NCBI GenBank assembly: GCA_049366815.1
Contig: JBMNCO010000209.1
Span: 17,464-49,463 of the forward strand
Origin: Desulfatiglandales bacterium
GTDB taxonomy: Bacteria > Desulfobacterota > DSM-4660 > Desulfatiglandales > HGW-15
DNA length: 32,000 nucleotides
Reading direction: 5' to 3'
Every line of letters begins with the position of its first letter. Position 1 is the stretch's first letter. A program made the translations under genes and the position numbers. Under the pieces are notes generated by a model. It was not told where the DNA came from and made no database searches. It saw only the letters and a list, made by a program, of their open reading frames with translations. This document shows positions 9,630 to 18,259 of this stretch, one piece after another.

Positions 9630-9772
9630 CCACCCGGAAACACATGATTTCCGGGTGGAGCGCCCTACTGTCAGCATTCAGCGCTCAGCCTCATGCCTTG
9701 TCTTTGCACAGTCTTGCCGATACCTGATCGCTGAGGGCTGTGGGCGGGAATCGGGAATGTTCATTTTTGGGT
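9630..9772 (-). repeat. Intergenic structured repeat, copy C
   Basis: A perfect hairpin CCACCCGGAAA cacatga TTTCCGGGTGG sits at 9630-9658. It is followed by agcgccctactgtcagcattcagcgctcagcctcatgccttgtctttgc, the reverse complement of the copy D core. A degenerate second hairpin lies near 9745-9772. Confidence 0.8.
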
Positions 9773-9821
9773 GAGCACGAACCTGCCTATCTTCGGGGAA
9801 ATGGGGCATGACTCATCAAAA

Positions 9822-10505
9822 TCACCTTTTAAAAAGAGATCTCCTTGCGTTGAGCATTTCATTTTGAACAGGATCCCGATCACCAAGCCCCAATGAATCA
9901 TTTCCCGGCAGACCGAAGTCTTTCCTGCCCATGATCAGGGCTACACCGGCCCACTCCTGAGCAAAACGGTTTACAGACATGCGGATATTTCCGCGGCTGG
10001 GATCAGCCAGATAGACGCGATCTCCCCTGACCCCTTTCAGCACCGCGAAGTGTCTGTATTCCTCCCTTTCAAGGTGAATAAGGACCGGTCCTTTCAGCAA
10101 TAACAGGTTTGCATAGTTCAACCTCACAGCGAAAGCCTGATAGCCCCTTTGCTCCGCGTAGCGCTTCAGGTCAAGCAGTGAAAGGCCGTATTTCTCCCGG
10201 TCGAGCACCTCATCATAACTCATAGTATTGAGAATGCTTATAAGGATTTCTTCTTCGCCGACATGATCTCCAAAGTAATACCGCATCAGTGTGGCCAATG
10301 CCCCTGAGCCGCAGGAGTAATCATATCTCTGAATAACCACATTTTGATCCCGCAGGTATTTCCAGGAGCGTACGGGCTGTTCAGTTCTGGTCCAGCCTGT
10401 CTTCAAGACCATGCCGCTCGTGTCTGTGGGGATCGTCTGGGCCGCACAACCGCAAAATGCGAGCCCGATAAGAATAACGCCGCCAATACCGACCATTGAC
10501 TTCAT
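9822..10505 (-). CDS. Stand-alone periplasmic C39-like cysteine peptidase (lipoprotein-type signal)
   Basis: QRYDYSCGSGALATLMRYY is the catalytic Cys context, RHFAVLKG the His and YLADPSRG the Asp, as in the C39 domain of bacteriocin exporters. The N-terminus MKSMVGIGGVILIGLAFCGCAAQ is signal/lipobox-like. ATG 10505 has AGGA 9 nt upstream. Confidence 0.8.
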   Translation of the reverse strand: MKSMVGIGGVILIGLAFCGCAAQTIPTDTSGMVLKTGWTRTEQPVRSWKYLRDQNVVIQRYDYSCGSGALATLMRYYFGDHVGEEEILISILNTMSYDEVLDREKYGLSLLDLKRYAEQRGYQAFAVRLNYANLLLLKGPVLIHLEREEYRHFAVLKGVRGDRVYLADPSRGNIRMSVNRFAQEWAGVALIMGRKDFGLPGNDSLGLGDRDPVQNEMLNARRSLFKR

Positions 10506-10612
10506 TGTATTTGTCCTGAGCCGCAAAAGGCCCACGTCCTCATCCAGGACTGCACTTGATGACGATCGTCTTTATTGATGTTCCCCTTTTGCATGTTGTT
10601 CCGCATTACACC

Positions 10613-12061
10613 TTATTTCGCGAAACGGCGTACTGCGGCAATGCCGATGACATAGTCCGCCGTTTCATCGTTCAGGCCAATGGCCAGAGACGGCTCGATG
10701 AATGTTTTTCTTGAGATGCGGTAGCTCAAGGCCGATCTGAGCGTGACCGGTTCCCTGGAAGAACCGGATATCTTGCCCCCATCCGTGCGGGTATTCCCTT
10801 GATAACTCCCTGATATCTGGGTACCAAGGGAAATCTTCTCATTCACCGCGAATCCAAAACCCAGATTATAATCGATTGTCTCGCCCGGTCGGACCTCATG
10901 TATGCCGTCGTTTAAAAAGTACGTTGCAGGGAACTCATGGGTATAACGGAGGCCCCAGAAGAGGACCACCGGATCCGCTGTTTTGATAAATTGCACTCCC
11001 AAGGATCCGGACCAGTGCCCTGATCCCGTGGACATACCCTCCTCATCGGGCTCGTCACCTGTGGGTGCCCTGAGGCTTAATGACGACACAATGTCAGGCC
11101 AAAATGCCGTTTCTCTAAACATTTCATAGTTGATTCCCAGTAATGTATCTCCAATGCCCGAAGTTTTTCTGCAGAAGCCTTCATCTGCAAAGGTCAATTC
11201 CTGTCTGGCATGGATCAGGGGAACGGAGATGAATCCTTCAAGGCGGGAGAGGATGCCTAGTCTAAGTGCCACAGGAAGCTGGAATTGACGGAACCTGGCA
11301 TTGTAGATTGTGGCGGGCAACTGGTTTCCCAGGTAGTAACAACCCAGTTCCAACTCCTTTTCGCCGGTCTTCAGCAAAACGGAAGATTGCCGGAGAAAGA
11401 GCCTTCTGATGTCTTCCTCATCTTCCGGCCTCTGGCCTACGGGTCTCATCTGACCGGATTCCTTTATTGATTTTTCTGCCTTTCCCTCCTTTGTCTTCAA
11501 GGTGTCGGCGGCCCTGCCTCGAAAACTCTCCAGGTGAGATGGCAGAAGGTTGTTTTCGATTCCGCCCAGTGCCGTGCCTGTTTCACCGATCCTCAAAGCA
11601 TCCTGTGTTTCACCCTGCGGATCCCTTTTGTCGATTTTTTCAGAAGACAAGTGCCTTTCAACAGAGGCAATATCGAAAAGGGACAGCGTCTTATCCCCAA
11701 GAACCGGAGAATGAACGATCAGCCTCTTTACTTGTTCCAATACGATCCTTCCAATCAGGCGTTCGCCTGAAAGAAGTTCAACAACCATGGGGTGATCGGT
11801 CTCCAGTTTTTGAATGTGTTCCGGCACCATCTCGATGATGCCGGAATGAAATGTGGACATACGAGCTTTATCTTGTGATAAGAAGATCAATCTGCCGCTG
11901 ATGCGGTCACCGTTGGTAAGAATGGCCTGGTCGGCATAGGCAGTGAAAAGACCGCCCATCATACTTCCAATGAAAACGATAAAAGCAAAGCCTGCACGAC
12001 AGGAGAGCATCATAGGCGGCCTATAGATATTCCTCAACATCGGTGGTCGGAACAAGTCCAT
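10613..12061 (-). CDS. Putative outer-membrane beta-barrel protein with an N-terminal periplasmic repeat domain
   Basis: A signal-like hydrophobic N-terminus is followed by repeated NGDRISGRL / SGERLIGRI motifs and a charged linker. The roughly 270-aa C-terminus has an alternating beta-strand pattern rich in G/Y/F, resembling the 'transporter' MetA-pathway-like OM family. The exact start is uncertain. Confidence 0.55.
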   Translation of the reverse strand: MDLFRPPMLRNIYRPPMMLSCRAGFAFIVFIGSMMGGLFTAYADQAILTNGDRISGRLIFLSQDKARMSTFHSGIIEMVPEHIQKLETDHPMVVELLSGERLIGRIVLEQVKRLIVHSPVLGDKTLSLFDIASVERHLSSEKIDKRDPQGETQDALRIGETGTALGGIENNLLPSHLESFRGRAADTLKTKEGKAEKSIKESGQMRPVGQRPEDEEDIRRLFLRQSSVLLKTGEKELELGCYYLGNQLPATIYNARFRQFQLPVALRLGILSRLEGFISVPLIHARQELTFADEGFCRKTSGIGDTLLGINYEMFRETAFWPDIVSSLSLRAPTGDEPDEEGMSTGSGHWSGSLGVQFIKTADPVVLFWGLRYTHEFPATYFLNDGIHEVRPGETIDYNLGFGFAVNEKISLGTQISGSYQGNTRTDGGKISGSSREPVTLRSALSYRISRKTFIEPSLAIGLNDETADYVIGIAAVRRFAK

Positions 12062-12136
12062 TTTCCGCTCCGGTCTCCATCAGTTTCAGGAGTATCCGGT
12101 CAGGATTTTGCGTGATTCGACCAATACCTTCTGACA

Positions 12137-12811
12137 TTATTGGAGCCTTATGCCGACAGATTTGCCGAAAATCATAAGGCCCAGACCCGCCATGGCTTCC
12201 CGCCTGGAATACTCTGTATAGGCCATTTTGCGCCAGCCAAAGAAGATTTTACCCCCGATCAGGCTCACGCCTGATACGGCGACGTAATCTGGGGCATCTT
12301 TAGCTATGGCCTCATATATGGGTCCCCAGTATGACGAAGTATTCGGCAATGCTAACAGCCCCTTAAGCAAGACTTTATCGGCTGCCAAAAGTATCTCTGG
12401 ATCGTCGCAGTCAATATATGCCTGATCGTGAGTCATAAAGAGAGCATCCATACCATTGTCACCGTCGGCAAAAGGTGCTGTACCATGCGTATCACCACCG
12501 TTGGTCCATTCCGGGCCACCCCAATACCCGTAACGGTAACCCAGTGGATTCCATGTCCACTGGACTCCGCGGCCGCCGTCAAATGTATTGAGCCCCAATA
12601 TCTTGACCAACACATACTGGGGGTAGGCCTGGCCGCGAACCTCTGCGATGGCGGTGTCACTGAGAACGGTTAAACCCCCTTTGTCCAGAGAGGCCATGAT
12701 GGCCGGGACGTCTTCCGGCACCCCGGTGTGATCGCCCGCCCATGCCGCTCCCAAGAAGAACAGCACCATCACCCCTGACATCAAAGAGATTTTATACTTT
12801 TTCATGTCCAT
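12137..12811 (-). CDS. Secreted hypothetical protein with a phospholipase-A2-like YxGG...HDxxY motif
   Basis: The Sec signal is MDMKKYKISLMSGVMVLFFLGAAWA|G. The mature part contains GYWGGPEWTNGGD ... DALFMTHDQAYIDCDD, reminiscent of the Ca-loop plus HDxxY catalytic dyad of small PLA2 domains. This call is tentative. Confidence 0.55.
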   Translation of the reverse strand: MDMKKYKISLMSGVMVLFFLGAAWAGDHTGVPEDVPAIMASLDKGGLTVLSDTAIAEVRGQAYPQYVLVKILGLNTFDGGRGVQWTWNPLGYRYGYWGGPEWTNGGDTHGTAPFADGDNGMDALFMTHDQAYIDCDDPEILLAADKVLLKGLLALPNTSSYWGPIYEAIAKDAPDYVAVSGVSLIGGKIFFGWRKMAYTEYSRREAMAGLGLMIFGKSVGIRLQ

Positions 12812-13506
12812 CCTCCTTTCCAGTTTATTTTTTTGTTCCCTTCCACGTGGTTCAAGGTCTTGTTTTTGGAAATGGATGTCACGCCATCAGGTAAACTCCG
12901 CTGTCAGGGTTACGCTTGGATATTTGGAGGGGACGGCACGTCGTGACAGATGAGCGCGAACCTCTTGGACAAAATCTGACATTCAGCTCCTCTGCCCTGA
13001 ATAGGGTCATGCTCAACATTTTGCCCGGCTTGTCATCATCCTGTCCGGCGTTTCTTGATCCGGCTTTTTGTCGGTTAGAGTTTTAGAAAACGGGCCCCCG
13101 AGAACCCGGAAAAACAGCCCTATGAATTTCCCTTGTCTCGATGAGTTCGGCATTGTCAGGAATGGAGTCCAAATCTCCTGAAAGGACAGCCCTTGATTGA
13201 AGGAGATGTGCAGATTCATTTTGAAATGCGTCTCCGTGATCGTTATGCAAGAGATGGTTCGTGGATTGGAAGGAAATACTGAGAATATCTTAGGCCGATT
13301 TCACGGCTGATGTCAAAAAAATCAGGACGGGAAACTGGAATTTGACGAAAAAGGCCCCTAACACCGAACCCGCTATATATTTTATATAAAAGATGGGCTG
13401 GGCAGGGGCCATACCAGGAATAGGTGATACACCATATCCCCAGAGAATGCCTTCATACATAACAACCACAAATACGTCAAGGGTTTCGTAACCCTCATTT
13501 GCGCTT

Positions 13507-14373
13507 TTATGTTCCGATTTGCAATATTTCTTCAGCGAATTTCATTTCATCCGGAAACGCATACAGGACCGCGTCGATGTGTTCCTCTTTCAGGCCGAAT
13601 TGATGAAGGATACCCTGATTGACCTGACAGCTCATTCCTTCGTGATGACGACAGAAATCATGCGCCAGGAAGGCATAGTGAGCAAGATTGCTCATCCTGA
13701 CCCATGATTCCATGTTGGGGATCGTCTTGCCCGACATGCTGAGGTGATGATTGCGGATGGAATTGACAAGAGAGCCGGGAAACCTCCAGGCCTCAGCGAT
13801 CAACCCGCCCAACTCCGCATGGTCTATGCCGAAGACCTCTTTTTCCGCCTGAGCGAAGGTGAGCCCTTCCTGTCGAATCAACGAATTCAATTCCCCGGGG
13901 TTCTCAGCGATATATTGATCCAATACGAGTTTCCCGACATCGTGGAGAAGGGCCGCCGTAAAGAGGACGGCATCGTCCTTCAACCCGACTTTTTTGATCA
14001 ACATCTGCGAGAGCGTCGCTGCGCCCACACTATGGCGCCAGAGGTCGCCCGGGTGCATGCCGTAGCCCTTCTTCGCCTCCAGATAGGGGGACAATGCCCT
14101 GCAATTTGCCAGGACCAGTTTGACAATATTCTGGAGGCCCAGCAGTGCCACGGCCTGCTCAATGGTAAAGATCTTCACCGGCAGACTGAAATAACTCGAA
14201 TTGCACAGTTTCAAACAGTTGGCCGTTATGCCCTGGTCATACTGGATGATTCCCACAATATCGCCGACACCGGCTTCGGGGACCTCGGCCAGTTCTATTA
14301 TCCGCCTTGCCACATCGGGAAAGGGTGGGAGACCTTCAACGGATGCAACAATCTTATCGAGACATTCGGTCAT
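13507..14373 (-). CDS. HDOD domain-containing signalling protein
   Basis: LPPFPDVARRIIELAEVPEAGVGDIVGIIQYDQGITANCLKLCNSSYF and LLHDVGKLVL are classic HDOD-domain features. Confidence 0.85.
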   Translation of the reverse strand: MTECLDKIVASVEGLPPFPDVARRIIELAEVPEAGVGDIVGIIQYDQGITANCLKLCNSSYFSLPVKIFTIEQAVALLGLQNIVKLVLANCRALSPYLEAKKGYGMHPGDLWRHSVGAATLSQMLIKKVGLKDDAVLFTAALLHDVGKLVLDQYIAENPGELNSLIRQEGLTFAQAEKEVFGIDHAELGGLIAEAWRFPGSLVNSIRNHHLSMSGKTIPNMESWVRMSNLAHYAFLAHDFCRHHEGMSCQVNQGILHQFGLKEEHIDAVLYAFPDEMKFAEEILQIGT

Positions 14374-14502
14374 GGTGACTGCTCGCTTTCCGGAGCTTTC
14401 TGAGATGTTCGCAAGGCCGCCCTATGTCGTGTTGCGGAGATCTCAAGCCTGGGGAGGCCTGCCTCCCAGTCGGCCCGAACAGGTTTTTCCCGTATCAAGA
14501 GC

Positions 14503-14718
14503 CTATGGACGCGGTTCGGCTTCTCTTAAGTAGTTGAAATAGAGATAATGGGACATGGCAAAATTTCTCACCGCTTCAAGGCTCGCGTCGACCTCCATGG
14601 CTATTTCTTCGAGCGCCTTTTTATTCCATGTTTCCCGAATATGACGAATTTGTTCAGGGCATAACGATTCCATACGGCCACCGACCCTTATGGCCTCTTC
14701 TCGGTCTGTCCTCGACAT
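14503..14718 (-). CDS. Small hypothetical protein (71 aa)
   Basis: ATG 14718 has AGGAG 8 nt upstream. The longer track ORF (to 14769) lacks an RBS. The protein is helical and I recognise no family. Confidence 0.4.
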   Translation of the reverse strand: MSRTDREEAIRVGGRMESLCPEQIRHIRETWNKKALEEIAMEVDASLEAVRNFAMSHYLYFNYLREAEPRP

Positions 14719-14797
14719 GCGACAACTCCTGTAGCAGGCTTTTTCTTGGATATCGGTCCCGGGCGGCAAAACTTTAGAGAAATCAGAGCCGCGACAG

Positions 14798-14936
14798 CCG
14801 GATTCCCGGATTCGCGCTGAAAGCCATCAGCGATCAGATATAAGCAAAAGCTATCCAAAGACAAGGCATTAGGCTGAGCGCTGAATGCCGTTAGCAGACC
14901 GCTCCATCCAGAAATCATCTATTTCTGGATGGAAAC
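14798..14936 (+). repeat. Intergenic structured repeat, copy D (most complete)
   Basis: The sequence runs ccggattcccggattcgcg...catcagcgatcag...ccaaagacaaggcattAGGCTGAGCGCTGAATGCcgttAGCAGACCGCT. It then has a perfect 12-bp hairpin, CCATCCAGAAAT catct ATTTCTGGATGG, at 14904-14932. Confidence 0.85.
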
Positions 14937-15161
14937 TAATTTGTCAGAGAAGCATGAATTCCGGGGGAAGGGATTGAAATGTCGTCCCTGAGAATGCTAT
15001 GAAAAGGGGATCAGAGAGGTGTCTCCTGATGATCGTCAACATAACAAAGGCCCTAAAACCATTTTTACGAGAATACACGCAAATTGTGCGAGCAAAAAAA
15101 TTCACTGGGTTCCTTCCCACCCCCGATCCTCAAAAGACAACATTTTTGTTCATAGGAGGAG

Positions 15162-17639
15162 ATGATGCACCGAAAAATATCGCCCTGTTTTCTGATCCCA
15201 TTCGTAATCGCTTTTATCATCACCGGTTCTTTCACCCAGACGTCGGCGGCCGAGTTCACCGCCGACATCGTTATCTCGGGACCCGCTGACAACGACACAT
15301 TCAAGCTCCATGTCAGGGACACGATGTATCGTCTTCAGAAGATCCAGGGGGCTTTGAATATCCCCCCCTATCCCACCATCGTAAACGGGGATACGGGTGT
15401 CACCTGGGGCCTTAATCCTGACAGCCGCCGGTATGTTGAAATCAGGGACATCGAAAAGACCGTCATGATGAACCCTCTGATCGGTTGGGCCGCGACTCGA
15501 AAGAATTTCGTGGAAAAGGGGGGCCCGGCAGAAAATTTGAACGGCTATCTGTGTGAGACATGGATCTATACGGCGCCCGGAAAACCAGAGACCGTCGGCA
15601 AGGTCTGGTTCTCCAAAAAGCTCAGACACATCCTCCGGGAAGAGCGTTACGGATTGAATCAGAACCCCGTGCTGGAACTCAAGAATATCCAGGAAGGACC
15701 CGTGGATCCGGCGCTCTTCGAGATCCCCGCGGGATACACGAAGTTGGACATGGACGCAGATCAGGGGGCAAAACCATCGGGTGATGCCCCGAAGCACATC
15801 ACCAAAAGTTCCGCTGCTTCCATGAAACCGAAGGTGGAGACCATTGAGATCAGGAAGGGATCAGGCAGGGGGCAATCCCTGGAAGCGGACCGCCGCATCG
15901 TGGTCACGGCCACCGGTGACAGTCCCGAAGGCGGCATTTCAAAAGCAGGTCTCACGGTTCACGACAGGAACAAGAATGTCATCGAATCAGCCCGTTTCGC
16001 CCTTCAAAACAACCAGACCCGCTCCTGGGAAATCCCCCCCGAAATGGAACCCTGGACCCTGTCTCTTTCAGGAGAAGAAGGCCGCGTCGTCTTCAAGGTG
16101 GAGCAATTCGCCGCTGAAACAGAGGCACAACCTGCAGAATCCCGAGACTTCGAGGCCCCGGCCACACCCGAACATGGGCCTGACAGGGCCACCGCGACCC
16201 CACAACCCACGGTGAAATCCCCTCAAAATGAAGACCTCGGGAAGCCGGCTCCTTCCGTTGCGCCTTCCGGAAATCTTGTGTTCATTCTGGACGCCTCGGG
16301 TTCCATGTGGGGCCAGGTCGAAGGCAAGGCCAAGATTGCCATCGCCAAGGAGGTGCTCACCGATCTCATCAACGAGTTCCCGGATGACGCCGTCGTAGGT
16401 CTCGTGGCCTATGGGCACCGCCGGAAGGGGGATTGTGACGACGTAGAGGAACTGGTGTCTCCGGGTAAAATTGACAAAAGCAAGCTCATCAGCACCATCC
16501 AGGGACTGAGTCCCAAGGGCAAGACCCCGATCTCCCGGTCGGTTCGCATGACGGCCGATGGGATCAGACATCTGGAAGATGAAACCACCATCATCCTGGT
16601 CTCGGACGGCAAAGAGACCTGCGACCCGGATCCCTGCGGCCTGGTCAAGGAACTCAAGGCGGCCGGGATCAAATTTATAATGCACGTCATCGGATTCGAT
16701 GTGACCGAGGAAGAGAAGTCTCAACTGGAGTGCATGGCCCAGGCCGGTGGCGGCGGGTACTTTACGGCCAAGACGGCCAAGGAGTTTCAGATGGCGGCAC
16801 AGGAGGTGGTGCACAAGGCCCAAAAGCCTTACGGCGTTCTCCGGATGACGGTCATGAAAAACGGTAAACCCTTTTTTACGCCTATTCGGGTGTTACGCGC
16901 CGTGAGCGGAGAGAGAGTTTTCGATTCATCCTCTTCAGGCGAGACCGGTGTCCGGGACATCCGCCTGGACCCCGGGACCTATCATGTTGAAGTCAGGGAT
17001 ATCAGCGTCAGCGGGGGTAAGACACCCGAGATCACTCTGAGGGATATCGTCATTAAGGCCGGAGAAATCGTGGAGAGATCGGCCGACTTTTCAGACGGCA
17101 CCCTGATCATTACGGCCCTGCGCAACAAGGCCCCATGCAAGGTCACGGCCTTTTATTATCGCCGGGGCGAAAAGAAGGCCTTCGTCAATCTTCAAACACA
17201 CCCCAAATCCGGAAAAATTTCGCGCAGATTGCTGCCCGGCCCTTACCGCATCGAGGTGGTGGATAGCAGCATTGCGGGCAGTCCTTCCGTGGTGTTCGAT
17301 CCATTGGAGATTCCTCCGGGCGGAACGGTGGAAAAGAGTGCCGAATTCTTTGCCGGTGATCTCACAGTGGCTGCTACACTGAATGGAGAGCCCTATAACA
17401 CGCCCTTCGAGGTCTACAATGATTCCGGGAAAAAGATCTCCAGTGCCTGGACCCAAGGGCGGGTGAACGGACAACGACTGGTGAGGCTTCAGGCAGGCAC
17501 GTACACCATCAAGGTTAGAAGTACCAGAGATGCCAAGCAGGTCCAGGCCTTTGAAAACGTAACCATCGAGACAGGGGGGGCAAAGACCATAACGGCCGCC
17601 TTTCCTCTTGAGCATGCGGCACCGGAGCCACACCCTTAA
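15162..17639 (+). CDS. Secreted multidomain von Willebrand factor type A (VWA) protein
   Basis: GGAGGAG RBS and a signal peptide ...FTQTSAAEF. The N-terminal domain of about 200 aa is DUF4412/LolA-like (tentative). A P/E/A-rich linker is followed by a VWA domain with the MIDAS motif LVFILDASGSMWG. Three tandem modules of about 85 aa each contain G(T/P)Y-x-(V/I)-x-V. Confidence 0.85.
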   Translation: MMHRKISPCFLIPFVIAFIITGSFTQTSAAEFTADIVISGPADNDTFKLHVRDTMYRLQKIQGALNIPPYPTIVNGDTGVTWGLNPDSRRYVEIRDIEKTVMMNPLIGWAATRKNFVEKGGPAENLNGYLCETWIYTAPGKPETVGKVWFSKKLRHILREERYGLNQNPVLELKNIQEGPVDPALFEIPAGYTKLDMDADQGAKPSGDAPKHITKSSAASMKPKVETIEIRKGSGRGQSLEADRRIVVTATGDSPEGGISKAGLTVHDRNKNVIESARFALQNNQTRSWEIPPEMEPWTLSLSGEEGRVVFKVEQFAAETEAQPAESRDFEAPATPEHGPDRATATPQPTVKSPQNEDLGKPAPSVAPSGNLVFILDASGSMWGQVEGKAKIAIAKEVLTDLINEFPDDAVVGLVAYGHRRKGDCDDVEELVSPGKIDKSKLISTIQGLSPKGKTPISRSVRMTADGIRHLEDETTIILVSDGKETCDPDPCGLVKELKAAGIKFIMHVIGFDVTEEEKSQLECMAQAGGGGYFTAKTAKEFQMAAQEVVHKAQKPYGVLRMTVMKNGKPFFTPIRVLRAVSGERVFDSSSSGETGVRDIRLDPGTYHVEVRDISVSGGKTPEITLRDIVIKAGEIVERSADFSDGTLIITALRNKAPCKVTAFYYRRGEKKAFVNLQTHPKSGKISRRLLPGPYRIEVVDSSIAGSPSVVFDPLEIPPGGTVEKSAEFFAGDLTVAATLNGEPYNTPFEVYNDSGKKISSAWTQGRVNGQRLVRLQAGTYTIKVRSTRDAKQVQAFENVTIETGGAKTITAAFPLEHAAPEPHP

Positions 17640-17784
17640 AAAAACATGAACCGGGTTCTCGACAACCGGGGCGAATTAAAATGCACGGTTGCAAAATCCG
17701 AGGATGTCCAGTATGTTGGGCACTCTTATTTTTAAAATCCCGGGTTCGGGAATCAAAACAGAAACTTAATAAGCGGAGGTTGCT

Positions 17785-18201
17785 ATGTTTAGACGAATGG
17801 CCTTGTTTGTTCTCATTTCCTTGCTCATCCTGTCTTTTGATGCCCTTGCAGGCGGCCCCAATCTCAATCCCGGCAAATGGGAGATCACAACTGAAACGGA
17901 GATGGTTGGGATGCCCATGAAGGTCCCACCGGTTACACACACCCAGTGTCTTACCGCGAAAGATATCGTCCCCCAGAGCGAAGGGGAATCCAAGGAGTGT
18001 CAGGTTTCCGATATCAAGATCTCCGGCGATACCGTATCATGGAAGATCGTGTGCTCCGGTCAGGGGGGTGCGATGGAAGGAACCGGGAGCATCACATACA
18101 GCGGAGATCGGATGAAAGGCACCATGGACATGACAATAAAGGGTGCCGGCATGCAGGTCAAAAATAAGATCAGCGGCCGACGCATTGGTGATTGCGACTG
18201 A
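17785..18201 (+). CDS. DUF3617-like small secreted protein or lipoprotein
   Basis: GGAGG RBS and a signal peptide. PGKWEITTETEMVGMPMKVPPVTHTQCLT and conserved Cys pairs (CQVSD...KIVC) resemble DUF3617. Confidence 0.65.
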   Translation: MFRRMALFVLISLLILSFDALAGGPNLNPGKWEITTETEMVGMPMKVPPVTHTQCLTAKDIVPQSEGESKECQVSDIKISGDTVSWKIVCSGQGGAMEGTGSITYSGDRMKGTMDMTIKGAGMQVKNKISGRRIGDCD

Positions 18202-18259
18202 ACGGCCCCTGTCCTGAATCCAAAATTTTCCAATGCTGAGGGTCTAAGGATATTTTTCA

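Noticed and set aside
13013-13219. 68-aa ORF in the 700-bp gap between the envelope operon and the HDOD gene.
   Set aside because: It has no RBS and an odd composition. The region is more likely the promoter or leader of the minus-strand operon starting at 12811.
15150-17633. Long antisense or alternative-frame ORFs inside GC-rich genes. Examples: 15150-15797 -, 16068-16823 -, 17091-17633 -, 19516-20286 -, 20523-21446 -, 22015-22587 -, 22988-23842 +, 29193-29843 -.
   Set aside because: These are shadow ORFs opposite or overlapping genes with clear family motifs. Their composition is Arg/Pro/Gly-rich and low complexity, and they lack RBSs.
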